Positions 20,407 to 28,769 of a DNA stretch of 64,000 bases are shown one piece after another (within the stretch, counting starts at the first letter, position 1; every line of letters begins with the position of its first letter). The DNA lies in the sequence record DRR723986_5772; one strand, given 5' to 3'. The notes under the pieces are model-generated. The model was not told the DNA's origin. It worked only from the letters and a program-made list of their open reading frames with translations, and did not search any database. A program made the translations under genes and the position numbers.

Positions 20407-21749
20407 AATCGAACCCAAATAATGCGGAGGTAGTTCAGGCAGAGCTAGACTGGCTTCAGACACTTCTGAAAGCTCGATCGGCAATGAATGCCAATTCTGG
20501 TTCGAGTATTCGGGACGTCTTAGAAATTCCCGCTCCAACTTTTGAAAAGGAGTCTGGCTCATATGCCAGGCTTATTCAGCGACTAAATCTATCTGCAGAG
20601 GAAAGATTCTTATTGATTTTGGCAGCTGTCCCTCATATCAAGCCTCAGATGCTGGATATGTTTATGGGAAAAAATCAGTTGACCCAGCAGATTTTCACGG
20701 AATTCGGCGGTAGAAAAGGCAAAAACCACAACGGTTTTATTCCCACAGGCGAGACTGTTCTTTTTATCCTAGCTGGAAGCGACCTCGCAAAGCGATTCAA
20801 ATACCTCGGCTTGCTCAGTCAAGAAACCACACTTTTCAAAGAAGGTCATTTAAAGCTCAGTGATACGGATCCTGATGATCCCTACCTGAATGGAACCCTG
20901 ACTATCTCCCGAGATACACTTCAAGAAATAACCAGTGGTACTGTTCGTAAGCCTGATTTCAGTGCAGATTTTCCTGCGCAATTATTGGAAACAGAAATGA
21001 GCTGGGATGACCTCGTACTCAATCCACATACTGAAGAGGAGCTTCGGGAGATTGAAATCTGGCTTAAGCACAAGGATAAATTGCTTCAAGAATGGGGCAT
21101 GCATAAGAAACTAAAGCCCGGCTTCAAGGCGCTTTTCTATGGACCTCCTGGCACAGGAAAAACGCTGACTACAACGCTACTTGGACAAAAACTAGGATTG
21201 GATGTCTACCGAATCGATCTCTCGCGAATGGTATCAAAGTATATCGGAGAAACTGAAAAAAATCTTGCGAAGATTTTTGATCGGGCGGAGCGAAAAGGAT
21301 GGATCTTATTTTTCGATGAGGCTGATGCTCTTTTTGGAAAAAGGACTTCTGTCTCCGACGCACATGACCGGTATGCAAACCAAGAGGTTTCTTATTTACT
21401 TCAGCGGATTGAGGATTACGATGGCTTGGTGATTTTGGCTACGAATCTTAAAAACAACTTGGATGAAGCCTTTATGAGAAGATTTCAAGCCTCTGTTTTT
21501 TTTCCTATGCCTCAACCTGATGAACGAAAAAAACTCTGGAAAAAAGGATTTCCGTCCAATGTGGAACTGGAAGATCGCATTGATTTGCAGGAATTGGCAA
21601 GAACCTATGAGCTTTCAGGAGGATCTATAATTCAGGTGATTCAGCATAGTCTTTTGATGGCATTAGATCAGCAAAGTGCCCAAGTAAAGCTTGGCGATAT
21701 CAAAGAAGGAGTTAGAAGAGAATATCATAAAATGGGAAGAACAATATGA
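20400..21749 (+). CDS. AAA+ ATPase (Afp15-like)
   Basis: Walker A GPPGTGKT, VSKYIGETEKNL, Walker B ILFFDEAD, DRYANQEVSYLLQRIE, LDEAF.RRF; N-terminal TEFGG..G....F.PTGET. Confidence 0.95.
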   Translation: MVKSNPNNAEVVQAELDWLQTLLKARSAMNANSGSSIRDVLEIPAPTFEKESGSYARLIQRLNLSAEERFLLILAAVPHIKPQMLDMFMGKNQLTQQIFTEFGGRKGKNHNGFIPTGETVLFILAGSDLAKRFKYLGLLSQETTLFKEGHLKLSDTDPDDPYLNGTLTISRDTLQEITSGTVRKPDFSADFPAQLLETEMSWDDLVLNPHTEEELREIEIWLKHKDKLLQEWGMHKKLKPGFKALFYGPPGTGKTLTTTLLGQKLGLDVYRIDLSRMVSKYIGETEKNLAKIFDRAERKGWILFFDEADALFGKRTSVSDAHDRYANQEVSYLLQRIEDYDGLVILATNLKNNLDEAFMRRFQASVFFPMPQPDERKKLWKKGFPSNVELEDRIDLQELARTYELSGGSIIQVIQHSLLMALDQQSAQVKLGDIKEGVRREYHKMGRTI

Positions 21750-21934
21750 GGAAGAAAGTCAGAAAAAAGCAGGATCAAGATAAGGATCAGGAAGATGTGG
21801 TGGTCGTAGTAGCCGAGAAGGAAAAGGAGAAAGATCAAAAACCAGAAGTGAAAATGACTCCTGTGGAAGAAGAACAAGAGCCGATGACACCGTTGGCAGC
21901 TGCATCTCCGATGAAAGCTGAAGTAAAAAAATAA
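21746..21934 (+). CDS. Small highly charged hypothetical protein (62 aa)
   Basis: Overlaps the ATPase stop (ATGA) and ends 1 nt before the next ATG; K/R-rich start, acidic middle. Confidence 0.6.
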   Translation: MRKKVRKKQDQDKDQEDVVVVVAEKEKEKDQKPEVKMTPVEEEQEPMTPLAAASPMKAEVKK

Positions 21935-21935
21935 T

Positions 21936-24900
21936 ATGGGAGCTCTAGCTGAACGTAAGCCTATGCCTATGCCATTGAGAAATGGGGAGGGAAAACATAC
22001 GATTCAGCCAAGCTTAAAAATTGGTCGACCTGGAGACAAATACGAACAAGAAGCAGAGTCTGTAGCAAATCACGTGGTGATGGCTCCTTCAAATGCAGCA
22101 CCCGCATTAGCGATGAGTCCCGCACCAGCTTCTGAGGCAGCTTTTCAAATGAAAGTAGAAGAGGAGGAAGAAACGCTTCAAATGATGCCTTTTGCAGAAA
22201 GCACTTCCCTTCTTCAACTGAGTTCCATGGAAGAAGAAGAATCCATCCAACTCAGCCCAGATTTTTCCAAAACAATCCAAAGACAGGAAGAAGAGGAAGA
22301 ATCTATCCAACTTTCGGCAGATGGCACAGCTACAACTTCTCCAGACATTTCTTCACAAATCACCCAGAGTAAAGGTTCAGGCCAAGCACTTCCCGCACCA
22401 GTTCAAGCGGAAATGGGAAGTAAGATTGGAGCGGATTTTAGCGGAGTCAGCATTCACACCGATTCTCAAGCAGTTGGAATGAGCAATGCTCTTGGAGCAC
22501 AGGCATTCACGCACGGAAATGATGTCTATTTCAACGAAGGAAAATATCAACCGGAATCTTCTCAGGGTAAGCATTTGCTAGCCCATGAGTTGACCCATAC
22601 CGTACAGCAAGGAGCTGCTCCTGTTCAGCGAATGCCACTTCAGCAGATTAGCTCAACTGAACCTCAAGTACAGCGCCTGCCTTGGGCTGTGAGAGAGGGA
22701 TTGGCTGAGTTTGCCAGCTACATTCCAGGCTATTCCTTACTAACTGTTATTATCGGATATGACCCATTGGCCGGCAGAAGTGTTGAAAGAAATGGTCCAA
22801 ATCTCCTTCGTGGACTTTTAGGGCTTATTCCGGTTTTCGGGATGCTACTTTACAATAAGCTGGATGAACTAGGAATCATCAACGATGCCTTTACTTGGGT
22901 AGAAAGCGAGATGACTTCTCTCAATCTAACTTCCAGCAGACTGAGTGATACATTGGAAGAAGCTTGGGACCGAATGGGGCTTACGGAAGGCTGGGATGGG
23001 AATATTAGGATTCTGGATCAGACTTTTGGACAACTCTATCGAGACATAGTCACTTTTGCAGGTAGGGTAAAAGACCAGATTTTCAACCTAATCAAAGATG
23101 CATTAATGGCAGGGCTAAAAGCACTTGCCGATGCTTTCCCAGGATATCCATTACTGACCAAATTACTCGGACACGACCCACTCACAGGTGAGGAAGTAAA
23201 CTCTACCACGGCTGAGAAAATCGAAGCATTTTTACTCCTGATCGGAAAAGAAGAAGAGCTAGAGCGTATGCAAGCTGAGGGTACCATTCAGGAAACTGCT
23301 GATTGGATCGATGCTGAACTCGCCGCTTTAAACTTCAGCTTTGAGGAAGTTAGAGGACTATTTGAAACAGCCTGGAATGCATTTTCACTGGAAGATATCC
23401 GGGATCCAATGGGTGCATTTCAGAGAACGGTGGCCATATTCACACCGTTCACTACCCGTGTTTTCACTTTTGCAGGCAATGTTGCCATCAAGGTCCTTGA
23501 GTTTATCAAAACAGCTCTTTTGGCACAGCTTTCTGCCTATGCAAGGGAGCAACAGGGCTTTCATCTGCTTACTGTGATTCTCGAAAAAGATCCGTTTACT
23601 GAAGAAGTTGTCCCAAGAACGACGGTTAATCTGATTCGAGGATTTATGAGCCTGATGCCAGGCGGAGAGGCACAATTCCAGCAAATGCAGGAAACGGGAG
23701 CGATTGAGCAAACTGCTTCCAGAATAGACGATGCCGTAGCAACCCTTAATTTTTCTTGGGGGTATATCACAGGCCTATTCTTGGGTCTTTGGAATAGCTT
23801 TTCCATTCAGGATGTCTTTCATCCAATTGATGCATTTCTCCGAATAGTTGAGACGCTAGCTGCGCCTGTTCAACGCCTTTTTGCCTTTGTAGTCACCATA
23901 GTGCAGATCTTGGTGGAGGTGATCCTGGTGGTGATGAACTTCCCTATTGATACTATTCAGCAGATAATAGCCAATGCACAAAGTGCTTTTGCTGATATCA
24001 AGAGGGATCCCATCGGATTTATTAGAAATCTACTAGCTGCTGTCAAGCAAGGATTTGTACAGTTTTTTGATAATATTCTCACTCACCTACTTGGTGGCTT
24101 GAGAGATTGGCTATTTGGAGAATTAGCATCTGCTGGGATCAATCCGCCCGCTGATTTGACCTTCGAAAGTATTCTAGGATTTGTGTTGGATGTCCTTGGT
24201 CTGACCATGGACAATGTATGGGAAAGACTGGAAATGAAACTCGGACCAGAGCGGGTCGCTCAGATCCGTGGGGCGATCGATACCCTGACGGGCATCTGGA
24301 CTTTCATCAAGGACGTGTGGGAGCGTGGCCCAATTGCGATCTGGGAATATGTACAGGAGCAATTGAGCAACCTCTGGACTATGGTGCTGGAGCAGGTGCA
24401 GAACTGGGTGGTCACTCAGATCATCACTCAGGTCACCACTAGATTGCTTTCGATGCTTGATCCTACCGGAATCATGGCGGTGGTCAATAGTTTTATTGCA
24501 TTTTATCGAGCCATTCAATCCTTTATTGAGAAGCTTCGGGAAATGCTGGAAATCGTCAATTCCTTTGTTGCTGGCGTAGCGAATATCGCCCGTGGCAACA
24601 TTGCAGATGCAGCTAATTTCCTAGAGGCTGCATTGGCTAGAGCTGTCCCTGTGGCTATTGGATTTTTAGCAAATCAAGTTGGACTGAGAGGTCTGGGAGC
24701 AAGAATAGCTGAAATGATCGGCGGCCTACGAGATCGGGTAAATGCCGCGATTGACTGGTTGATTGATCGGGCGATAAGCGTGGGAGGAGCGATTTTACAG
24801 GCGGGGAGGAATGCCATTGATGCAGTCATGAATTGGTGGAATGCTCGTGTCACCTTTACGGCAGCAGATGGTCATGAGCATGCTATCTATTTAGAAGGAG

Positions 24901-26012
24901 ATGAGGAAAATCAGCAATTAATGATAGCCAGTAACCCGATCCAATTCGAGACTTTCATCAGAAATATCGAAACTGATAATAATCCAGAAAGAGCTGACGC
25001 TAAAGTACTAGCACTGAGCAAAGCACAAGAAATTGATACTGAAAAAAGACGCAGGATAGATAGAACCCAAAGTGAAGAACAACAGGAAATAGATGGAAAT
25101 GCAAAGAAAAATAGGATTCAAGAATTACTCCAAGAGCTAAGACCTCTTGTAGAAATATTCTTTGGAACCGACCGACCGGAAGGTCCTCCAGAAAGACTCT
25201 TGCCTGGCACTGATCCAGTCGGCTTCGGGCAATCGATGGATATCAAAGAACTGCATTTAACGAATAAGCCATCTGATGGATCTACCCCAACACAAGCTGC
25301 TCAAACAGAATATGACAAGCTGAATAAAAGAAGAACTTCTTCAGGTGCTTCCTACTATATCCGTGGTCATTTATTAAATCATAATATTGGAGGACCTGGC
25401 ACTTGGCCAAATATGGTTCCTCTATCCCGAGAGGGAAATAGCACTCATGAATCTACCGTAGAAAACCAAGTGAAAGCCGCTTTTGATGCAGGAGCGGTGA
25501 TTGAATACTCTGTTCATCCGTCTCCTCAAAAATTCAATGGTGGAGCCAGTGGCATAAAAGCAGAAATTGATGCTAGCGACGATGATGCTCAAACGAAAGT
25601 CGATAAAAAGCAAATTGTAGATGCTGAAGCAAACGTACCTCAAACCTTAATAACAAAAGCATATATTCTTAGAAAAAATGAGACCAATCAATTTGAAAGA
25701 GATCATACTATTGTGGACTTACCAGTTCAAAACCCCGTGGAACGAACAGCGAGTTCTTATCATGTATCTAGGACTGGTGAGCCAATAGTCTATTTAAATT
25801 ATGATAATGATCACGATCGTATTAGACAAACTACAGGACTCACTGCCGACCAAGTAACTTTGATGTTAACTGTAAGAACATCTAGAGGCCAAAGATTTGG
25901 GCAGTACGCCACTTTTTTGAGAGCGGCCGGCCTACCAGAAACCGACATAGAAACAAGAGCAAGTGCGTTGAGCTCCAATCCAAGAGTTTCACTAGGAGCT
26001 CCTAGAGAATAA
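21936..26012 (+). CDS. DUF4157 (eCIS core) multidomain protein with C-terminal DNA/RNA non-specific endonuclease; putative polymorphic toxin
   Basis: IQPSLKIG.PGD.YEQEA, DUF4157 (G.GQ.LP...ADFS.V.IHTD...AQAFTHG.D.YF..G.Y...LLAHELTHTVQQ), helical repeats, and IRGHLLNHNIGGPG...NMVPL....N..H...E nuclease motif. Confidence 0.88.
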   Translation: MGALAERKPMPMPLRNGEGKHTIQPSLKIGRPGDKYEQEAESVANHVVMAPSNAAPALAMSPAPASEAAFQMKVEEEEETLQMMPFAESTSLLQLSSMEEEESIQLSPDFSKTIQRQEEEEESIQLSADGTATTSPDISSQITQSKGSGQALPAPVQAEMGSKIGADFSGVSIHTDSQAVGMSNALGAQAFTHGNDVYFNEGKYQPESSQGKHLLAHELTHTVQQGAAPVQRMPLQQISSTEPQVQRLPWAVREGLAEFASYIPGYSLLTVIIGYDPLAGRSVERNGPNLLRGLLGLIPVFGMLLYNKLDELGIINDAFTWVESEMTSLNLTSSRLSDTLEEAWDRMGLTEGWDGNIRILDQTFGQLYRDIVTFAGRVKDQIFNLIKDALMAGLKALADAFPGYPLLTKLLGHDPLTGEEVNSTTAEKIEAFLLLIGKEEELERMQAEGTIQETADWIDAELAALNFSFEEVRGLFETAWNAFSLEDIRDPMGAFQRTVAIFTPFTTRVFTFAGNVAIKVLEFIKTALLAQLSAYAREQQGFHLLTVILEKDPFTEEVVPRTTVNLIRGFMSLMPGGEAQFQQMQETGAIEQTASRIDDAVATLNFSWGYITGLFLGLWNSFSIQDVFHPIDAFLRIVETLAAPVQRLFAFVVTIVQILVEVILVVMNFPIDTIQQIIANAQSAFADIKRDPIGFIRNLLAAVKQGFVQFFDNILTHLLGGLRDWLFGELASAGINPPADLTFESILGFVLDVLGLTMDNVWERLEMKLGPERVAQIRGAIDTLTGIWTFIKDVWERGPIAIWEYVQEQLSNLWTMVLEQVQNWVVTQIITQVTTRLLSMLDPTGIMAVVNSFIAFYRAIQSFIEKLREMLEIVNSFVAGVANIARGNIADAANFLEAALARAVPVAIGFLANQVGLRGLGARIAEMIGGLRDRVNAAIDWLIDRAISVGGAILQAGRNAIDAVMNWWNARVTFTAADGHEHAIYLEGDEENQQLMIASNPIQFETFIRNIETDNNPERADAKVLALSKAQEIDTEKRRRIDRTQSEEQQEIDGNAKKNRIQELLQELRPLVEIFFGTDRPEGPPERLLPGTDPVGFGQSMDIKELHLTNKPSDGSTPTQAAQTEYDKLNKRRTSSGASYYIRGHLLNHNIGGPGTWPNMVPLSREGNSTHESTVENQVKAAFDAGAVIEYSVHPSPQKFNGGASGIKAEIDASDDDAQTKVDKKQIVDAEANVPQTLITKAYILRKNETNQFERDHTIVDLPVQNPVERTASSYHVSRTGEPIVYLNYDNDHDRIRQTTGLTADQVTLMLTVRTSRGQRFGQYATFLRAAGLPETDIETRASALSSNPRVSLGAPRE

Positions 26013-26256
26013 GAAGGGTTATTTCTAAATCCACAAAATACCTTACCCCTTATTCCATATTCCCAAATAAATACCCACTTTAATTAGATGCTTTTCCTGC
26101 AAACCGTCGGGAATTTTAATTTCACTTTTCCAGACCTTAAGACCTTTTAGCAAAAGCGTCCCCTGAAAAATCCGGAGATCAAATGGCTGTATTAGCAGGT
26201 TTACCCCTAAAACATTTTCTAGCTGAGGAAATCATCCCATCCGAAATTTATAATGA

Positions 26257-26524
26257 ATTGTGAATATGGGCATTGGCATTCTGGCCTTGCTTACAGGCAA
26301 AACTGGTGAAATCATCACCACCGCCTGTTTTGGAGCTTTGACCTTATATATCCTTTTTTGCCTTAAGTAAAAACCATGCTGACTTGGTGCGACCATTTCG
26401 GGTTCCTCTATTCCCCTATTTCCCAGCCATTGCATTGGTCATTGCAGTAAGTGCGATGGTTGCGATGAGTATTTACAATCTGGGATTAATGCTAACTTTC
26501 TGGGGATTGGAAGGCTTTGGGTAA
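26257..26524 (+). pseudogene. 3' remnant of an APC-family (ethanolamine-permease-like) transporter
   Basis: IVNMGIGILALLTGKTGEIITTACFGALTLYI, frameshift near 26355, then FALSKNHADLVRPFRVPLFPYFPAIALVIAV.... The RPF.VP.FP motif is typical of APC C-termini; no 5' part present. Confidence 0.75.
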
Positions 26525-26686
26525 GTGAGTTTTCGGTGGTATCAGAGGGAGGGGATGAAAACTTTTTGTTATAAATTCCTTTAAATCAAAACAATCCTAC
26601 TTGTCAGCAGATAAAAATGTTGGATATTAAACTTTGTACTGAGTCGACGTAAGAAACAAACAGGAATTGCGAAAAATTTATTTGAG

Positions 26687-27646
26687 ATGGGCCGATTATT
26701 AATAACTCTATTTTTTTGGCTGATAATATTAACTTCATTGGGTCAGACTAAACGATTTAGCGATAACGAGCTATCTAAGAAAACTGTTTTTAGTATTGAG
26801 GAAGCTCTCAAAAAAAGAAATAAGTCGGTTAGTCTTTTTTTAAATGATTCAACAATTTCAGCTTTTCCTGAAGAGATATTAGCACTTAAAAATCTTCAAT
26901 CACTAAATATTTCAAATACAAAAATTGAAAAAATAAATCTTGGAATAAGCTCACTTTCCAAGCTTCACACACTTCACCTTAGAAATAATAAAAGTCTAAA
27001 CCTTAAAGAATCTATTTCTGCATTAGAGACTCTTGAAAATCTTCAAAAACTTTCTATTATCAACTGTGATATTGATTCAATACCCTCAAACATGGGTGAT
27101 TTATCAAAACTTGAGGAACTCTTTTTGTATGGGAACAATATCACATTCTTGTCAAAAGAAATAGGAAATCTTGATTCACTAAGAGTGCTACTCCTCTCAG
27201 GAAATAAACTTTCTGAATTACCCCAATCAATTTCCAGTCTCAAAAATCTGGAATCCATAACTCTAAATGATAACCATTTTAAAAGTCTTCCTACTGTAAT
27301 TAGTGAACTAAGTAATTTAAAGGAAATCTACTTGGGAAATCCTGAACTAAATGTAGATCAAGCGTTAGAAGTACTCAGTCTTTGTAAGAATCTAGAAATG
27401 ATTCATTTCAGTAGTTTAAAATTTACTGAAAGTTCAAATATCCAAGTCTTAAGTAAATTGGAAAATCTAAAACAAATTTTATTAGTTGATCCAATCGATT
27501 CATATCATGATTTACCGAGCGGAATCAGTGATTTGAATTGCAAAATTCTAATTTATACACTCTTAGAAATTTCTAAAGAAGATCGTCAAACATCACAATT
27601 AATCAATCCGAAAATTTCTATTCATTCTCTAGGAAGTAGTTATTAA
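26687..27646 (+). CDS. Leucine-rich repeat protein with signal peptide
   Basis: About 9-10 LxxLxLxxN repeats (e.g. LKNLQSLNISNT, LSKLEELFLYGN, LDSLRVLLLSGN); hydrophobic N-terminus; visibly AT-rich. Confidence 0.9.
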   Translation: MGRLLITLFFWLIILTSLGQTKRFSDNELSKKTVFSIEEALKKRNKSVSLFLNDSTISAFPEEILALKNLQSLNISNTKIEKINLGISSLSKLHTLHLRNNKSLNLKESISALETLENLQKLSIINCDIDSIPSNMGDLSKLEELFLYGNNITFLSKEIGNLDSLRVLLLSGNKLSELPQSISSLKNLESITLNDNHFKSLPTVISELSNLKEIYLGNPELNVDQALEVLSLCKNLEMIHFSSLKFTESSNIQVLSKLENLKQILLVDPIDSYHDLPSGISDLNCKILIYTLLEISKEDRQTSQLINPKISIHSLGSSY

Positions 27647-27709
27647 TTCATAATCTTTTCAGGAAAAAACTAACTAAAACTCACAAGAATTAATCTGCAA
27701 TCCCCGCTA

Positions 27710-27730
27710 GGTGTAGTTTGCAACTACACC
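27710..27730. repeat. Perfect 9-bp inverted repeat (REP-like hairpin or terminator)
   Basis: GGTGTAGTT-TGC-AACTACACC followed by TTTCT. Confidence 0.55.
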
Positions 27731-27764
27731 TTTCTATTTATATTCCTGGAAAGATTTATCCCAA

Positions 27765-28349
27765 ATGAAAATTCTCCCATTTTTAATCATAGTTCTAACT
27801 TCACTGAATTCTTTTGGCCAGATTCCAGAATTTGACTCGAACGTAAATGAATCAGTTGAGGATCAATCTTATTTATTCAAGAAGTTTTACCCTGAATATG
27901 AGTTTATTCTAGGTTATATCCAGAAGTCATTCTGGTTTAAACGACAAGAATATACTGTCCTAACCTTTAATGGAACTGATTGGGAACTAAAAAAATGGTC
28001 ATTTGAACTTAAGGAAGAAAAGATTAAAAAGTCTAAAGCGAAATCGCGAATCCTTGAAAAAGAAAAAGTAAATATCCTTTTGAATTACTTCGAATCCAGA
28101 GGATTTTATTCCTTAAATCAAGACTCGTTGAATTGGGCTAAAAAAGATTTAGGAAACGGAACTATCCTCCATCAATCAATCATGGATGGAGTTTCTGAAA
28201 ACTTTGAATTTATTAGTTCTTCTTCTGGTCCTAGAATCTACTCAGCGCATGAACCTGTCCAAAAACAAGAATTCGTTTATATTGAACAACGTGAGATCTT
28301 CTTAGACTGCCTTAATAAATTTCTAGATTTGATTGATGAAACCAAATGA
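27765..28349 (+). CDS. Hypothetical exported protein
   Basis: 194-aa ORF with signal peptide MKILPFLIIVLTSLNSFGQ. Confidence 0.8.
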   Translation: MKILPFLIIVLTSLNSFGQIPEFDSNVNESVEDQSYLFKKFYPEYEFILGYIQKSFWFKRQEYTVLTFNGTDWELKKWSFELKEEKIKKSKAKSRILEKEKVNILLNYFESRGFYSLNQDSLNWAKKDLGNGTILHQSIMDGVSENFEFISSSSGPRIYSAHEPVQKQEFVYIEQREIFLDCLNKFLDLIDETK

Positions 28350-28769
28350 TAATGTCCAATGAAATGTGCTTCTGCATTTTTGAAATTGAATTCAAGTTTT
28401 AAACACTAACTATATCAAAACTTTAAAACGATTTTCAATAATCTCACTTGTTGTGTTTTTCACATGGGTCATTCTTAATTTTACTGTTGAAAGCCAATTT
28501 CTTGAGCCCTACTGGTTTGTAGTATTTGTTCTTGGCTTACCTAATTAAATTGCAACAACTATTTATTCAGTAGACAGTTCTAATAAACCATGGAAGTCTA
28601 TTTTGATTGGGATTACGGGCCTACCAATCGCTTTTCCTCCGTTATTTGTCACTTTCTTATCACCCTTGATTTTAGTGTACCTGTTTTTTTTCCATTGAAT
28701 TGTTTCTTCAAAAAATCAAATAAATAGAAGTTATCTTGACCATCTACAGGTTCATTCCACTTATAAATT

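Larger units (their letters stand above)
1..26012 (+). other. Extracellular contractile injection system (eCIS) gene cluster, 5'-truncated by the window
   Basis: Contiguous, often stop/start-overlapping + strand genes in the order sheath, sheath, tube, tube, plug, LysM, spike, PAAR, gp25, baseplate x2, fibre, tape measure, AAA ATPase, DUF4157. No capsid, terminase or T6SS membrane-complex genes seen. Confidence 0.95.

Noticed and set aside
1-21749. Type VI secretion system or prophage
   Set aside because: The sheath is single-chain phage type and a tape measure and Afp15-like ATPase are present. No TssB/C pair, ClpV, membrane complex, capsid, terminase or integrase was seen.
26232-26435. 67-aa minus-strand ORF
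   Set aside because: Antisense shadow of the permease remnant on the + strand.
26687-27646. LRR protein as immunity protein for the nuclease
   Set aside because: It is about 670 bp away, beyond a pseudogene, and has a signal peptide, so it would be in the wrong compartment for a cytoplasmic nuclease.
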